From assembly GCA_026414365.1 (NCBI GenBank), contig JAOAJD010000001.1, forward strand, positions 167,687 through 231,686: 64,000 bases of DNA. Direction: 5' to 3'. The DNA comes from Candidatus Iainarchaeum sp. (lineage in GTDB: Archaea > Iainarchaeota > Iainarchaeia > Iainarchaeales > SKW153). Position 1 is the first letter of the stretch, and each line of letters opens with the position of its first letter. Under the pieces are notes generated by a model that had not been told where the DNA came from, ran no database searches, and saw only the letters and a program-made list of their open reading frames with translations. Of this stretch, positions 60,808 to 64,000 are shown one piece after another. Position numbers and translations under genes: made by a program.

Positions 60808-62382
60808 ATGGAAAGGATAAAACAAACCGTTGGAAAGAAACTAGTATCTTACGACAGAATTACAATATATGAAGGATTTCCTTATTTTTATTATGAAGTG
60901 AACCCTTTTGAATTTGAAAAAGAAGAAAAAAATCTTACTGAAATACTAAAAGGTCTAATAAAAGGAGAAATATCTTTTGATGAGGCAAAAATAAGAGCTT
61001 CTTGGTTAGATGATTTATTCTTAAAAGAGTTTAGAGAAAAAATAATTTCAACAATAACATACAAAAATGCGCTTTCTTTGTTCATCGATAATGAAGATAT
61101 AAAAAAAATAAAGCTTATATCTATTGCACTAATAAAAAAATATCTGCCAAAAGTGAAAAATGTTTCAGAAGTAACGAATGAAACAATAGATAATACTATA
61201 GGATATGGTATTTTGGCACCTCTAATTGAAGATCAAGATCTAGAAGAGATTATGGTAAACGGTTACAAAAAACCAGTATTTGTATTTCATAAAAAATATG
61301 GGATGTGTATAACAAATATAGAAGTTGAACAAAACAGAAAAATAGATAATATAATACAAAGAATAGCATTAACAGTTGGAAAAGAAATTAATCAAGAGAA
61401 TCCACTTTTAGATGCAAGACTTAATAGTGGGGATAGAGCTAATGCAACTCACTTCTCTGTAACTCCTGGAGGTCCAACTTTAACAATAAGAAAATTTAAT
61501 AAAACACCTATTTCTATTATAGACTTAATTGTAAATAATACATTAAATAGCGAACTTGCAGCATTTTTATGGGTGATGGTAGAAGGATTAGGCATAGAAC
61601 CAAAAAATATAATAGTTACTGGTGGCACTAGCTCAGGTAAAACAACACTATTGAATGCATTAACATCTTTCATAAAATACGATGAAAGGATTATAACAAT
61701 AGAAGATACTCTAGAGCTTAACTTAGGAGACAGAGAAAACTGGATACAAATGGAATCACGACCTAGAATAAAAGGATACGAAGAAGTTACTATGGATGAT
61801 CTCTTAAAAAATGCTCTAAGAATGAGACCAGATAGGATTATAGTTGGGGAGGTTAGGGGCAAAGAAGCCCAAACATTGTTTATAGCAATGGACACAGGAC
61901 ATGAAGGAATAATGGGAACTTTGCATTCGAATAGTGGAAAAGAACTAATACTTAGGTTAAAGTCAGAACCAATGAATGTCCCTGAATCAATAATACCTTT
62001 ATTAGATTTAGTCATAGTTATGAAAAGGACATACCACAAAGATATAGGGATAATACGAAGGGTTGCAGCAGTATGTGAAATCACCAGTATGGATGGTAAG
62101 CCCTTGATAAGTGAGATATACCTACTCAACAAAGAAAAGGACGTTGTTGAAAGAACAGATATTCCTGCCCATTCTATAGAATCACTATCAGAAAAAACAA
62201 TGAAGACAAAAAAAGAGATTACAAGAGAAATATTGGTAAGAAAGAAGATACTAGAATGGATGGTAAACAACAAAATCAGACAAAACAGAGATGTTGAGAC
62301 AATAATCCAAACATATTATTCTAATCCAGAAGAACTTTTGAGATTGGTAATGAAAACAGATGATTTAGCTACTACTACTTAA
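60808..62382 (+). CDS. type II/IV secretion-system ATPase (FlaI/PilB/VirB11-like; archaeal pilus or archaellum assembly)
   Basis: Walker A IIVTGGTSSGKTTLLNAL, Asp box, Walker B, His box (MDTGHEG). Confidence 0.7.
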   Translation: MERIKQTVGKKLVSYDRITIYEGFPYFYYEVNPFEFEKEEKNLTEILKGLIKGEISFDEAKIRASWLDDLFLKEFREKIISTITYKNALSLFIDNEDIKKIKLISIALIKKYLPKVKNVSEVTNETIDNTIGYGILAPLIEDQDLEEIMVNGYKKPVFVFHKKYGMCITNIEVEQNRKIDNIIQRIALTVGKEINQENPLLDARLNSGDRANATHFSVTPGGPTLTIRKFNKTPISIIDLIVNNTLNSELAAFLWVMVEGLGIEPKNIIVTGGTSSGKTTLLNALTSFIKYDERIITIEDTLELNLGDRENWIQMESRPRIKGYEEVTMDDLLKNALRMRPDRIIVGEVRGKEAQTLFIAMDTGHEGIMGTLHSNSGKELILRLKSEPMNVPESIIPLLDLVIVMKRTYHKDIGIIRRVAAVCEITSMDGKPLISEIYLLNKEKDVVERTDIPAHSIESLSEKTMKTKKEITREILVRKKILEWMVNNKIRQNRDVETIIQTYYSNPEELLRLVMKTDDLATTT

Positions 62383-62907
62383 TTTTGAAAAAATTGTTTT
62401 ATATTTTGGTCCATGCGAATATAAAACAGACTCTATAAGTTCAAAAGATTTAACACTAAAAGATTGATTAAAGTCTTCTTTATTTAAAATATCTAGAACT
62501 TCTAAAAAATTATCTTTTTGCATGTTTTTATTTCTAGCTATTGTTAAGTGAGCTCTAAAATTGTCATGAGTACCCAATGTCTCATTTATTCGAAATGCTA
62601 AGCTTTCCAAAAAATCTCTTCCTTTAATTATATCAATAAAAAGAACTCTATATTTGAAGTGAGAAAACCCTTTTATCTCTATATTAAATGGCTTAAAAGA
62701 TACCTTATCTAATGCAGAGATAAGTTCATCCAATTTCTCTTCTGGCATATACCCAATAAATTTCAAAGTTATATGTAAATTTTCTTTTTCTACAAATCTT
62801 AAACCTTCCAAACATTTATTCTTCTTTAAGTTTAAAACTAAATTATTAATTTCTTGCTTTATATTTTCTGGAACCGAAACTGCAATAAATAGTCTTTTAG
62901 TGCTCAT
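62365..62907 (-). CDS. thpR: RNA 2',3'-cyclic phosphodiesterase (2H family, ThpR/LigT)
   Basis: Two H-x-T-x motifs: HITLKF and HLTIAR. Confidence 0.75.
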   Translation of the reverse strand: MSTKRLFIAVSVPENIKQEINNLVLNLKKNKCLEGLRFVEKENLHITLKFIGYMPEEKLDELISALDKVSFKPFNIEIKGFSHFKYRVLFIDIIKGRDFLESLAFRINETLGTHDNFRAHLTIARNKNMQKDNFLEVLDILNKEDFNQSFSVKSFELIESVLYSHGPKYKTIFSKLSSSS

Positions 62908-63505
62908 TTATTACACCTTTAAAAGCATTATAAAACTTTTCAAGTCTTTTGTAATTTTGAGATATTTTCTTATTTGAAATTTCAATTAAATAACTTAGAT
63001 AATTTTCGTCCACCAAAATCTTGTTATCTTTGACTAGAGGTAAACTAACAAACTGCGTACCAGTTAATTCCAATAAATATTTTCCTTCTTCTGCGAATAT
63101 TATGCCACCTCTCTTAATACCTGCTTTATTTTTTACTTCTAAAATTTTTTTAGCTTTCTCAAGATTTTTGCATCCTATGTGAATTATAAAGGGCTCCACC
63201 CTCAACCATAAAACTCCTTTCGATCTTTTAGCTAATTCGATCTTCAATTCCTGTAAACTTATTTTTCTATGCCACTTTGCATGAAACTTAGAATCTTTTT
63301 TATTTTCATCGCCAACTACATCAAGGAGCATTATTCTACCAGCACAACTGCTGCTAGTAAAATAATCTTCAGTACTATTTATCAACTTACAAAGATCTAT
63401 CATCTGTTGATCTATTTTGTTACTTTTTATCGCATCTTCTAACGTTTTTGAATGTCTGTTTTTAATCATAGAAAATCTCTTTTCAGATATATCTGGCTTA
63501 TTCAA
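62897..63505 (-). CDS. taw3: tRNA wyosine-derivative methyltransferase Taw3 (TYW3 family)
   Basis: SSCAGRI signature motif of TYW3/DUF207. Confidence 0.7.
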   Translation of the reverse strand: MNKPDISEKRFSMIKNRHSKTLEDAIKSNKIDQQMIDLCKLINSTEDYFTSSSCAGRIMLLDVVGDENKKDSKFHAKWHRKISLQELKIELAKRSKGVLWLRVEPFIIHIGCKNLEKAKKILEVKNKAGIKRGGIIFAEEGKYLLELTGTQFVSLPLVKDNKILVDENYLSYLIEISNKKISQNYKRLEKFYNAFKGVINEH

Positions 63506-63998
63506 TTAAACCACTCTCGAAAAAAACTCCCTTATCAGAAATATTTAATAAACAAAAATTTCCATCTTTTAATGGTCCTGGGTTTATACAAATTGTTTTT
63601 CCAATGTTGTCAAAACCTTTTGCTTCATGAACATGACCACTCAAAACAACCAAAGGCTGAAAGTTCTCAATAAACGACCTAAGTTCTTTTAAACCTAAAT
63701 CAACATTCGAATAAGTTTTGGATATTCTGGTATTGTATGGTGGGCTGTGAGTTACAATTATTGTTTTTTTCGAGTCTAATCCCAAAGAAAGTTTTTTAAG
63801 ATATTTTTTGGCTTCTAACTCTGAAAGATTTAATTTATACAGAGTATTAATTGGCTTTGCTCCACCTAAACCAATAAAAGAATAACCATTATAACTCTCA
63901 ACTTTTTTATGCAAGCAAACGCCCTCTTTCTCAAAGAGATTTAAAATCAATTCATCATCCATATTACCAGGGACTACAAAAACTTTTGCAAAAGACAA
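63498..63998 (-). CDS. calcineurin-like metallophosphoesterase (YfcE-like); N-terminus may lie beyond the window end
   Basis: GNMDD, VTHSPP, GHVHE metal-ligand motifs; ORF reaches the window edge. Confidence 0.55.
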   Translation of the reverse strand: MSFAKVFVVPGNMDDELILNLFEKEGVCLHKKVESYNGYSFIGLGGAKPINTLYKLNLSELEAKKYLKKLSLGLDSKKTIIVTHSPPYNTRISKTYSNVDLGLKELRSFIENFQPLVVLSGHVHEAKGFDNIGKTICINPGPLKDGNFCLLNISDKGVFFESGLIE

Positions 63999-64000
63999 TT

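Noticed and set aside
61449-62273. 274-aa minus-strand ORF inside the FlaI-like ATPase gene
   Set aside because: Antisense to a well-supported P-loop ATPase gene, with a hydrophobic, Ser-rich low-complexity product and no motifs.
1-64000. CRISPR arrays, IS elements, integrases, rRNA genes
   Set aside because: No regularly spaced direct repeats, no transposase or integrase-like ORFs and no rRNA-like GC-rich structured islands were seen by eye. The only direct repeats are the intragenic paralog repeats reported above.

Overview
AT-rich (roughly 30% GC), gene-dense chromosomal segment of an archaeon, probably a small-genome DPANN-type lineage. The coding content is typical archaeal information processing: Topo VI A/B, primase PriS/PriL, two PCNA paralogs, RFC large subunit, Orc1/Cdc6, aRF1, aIF2-alpha, RpoL, exosome Csl4, Dph2, TruD, RNase Z, CCA-adding enzyme, Taw3, Pth2, PheS/PheT, LonB, and ribosomal proteins L10e and S27e. 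One tRNA-Cys(GCA) is present. There are no rRNA genes, CRISPR arrays, integrases or transposases. The most unusual locus is a ~3.8 kb island (41285-45116) inserted between pheS and pheT, which are normally adjacent. It carries eight small lysine-rich genes from two paralogous families, arranged as a tandemly duplicated three-gene cassette with 51-69 nt perfect DNA repeats. Family A has a ribbon-helix-helix-like pattern, suggesting a regulator or antitoxin-like role. Other notable points are an aRF1 whose universally conserved GGQ reads GGW, two divergent PCNA genes flanking rpiB, and a solitary Mre11-like gene about 50 kb from a HerA-NurA-like pair. Product calls rest on motif and family recognition by eye, not database searches.
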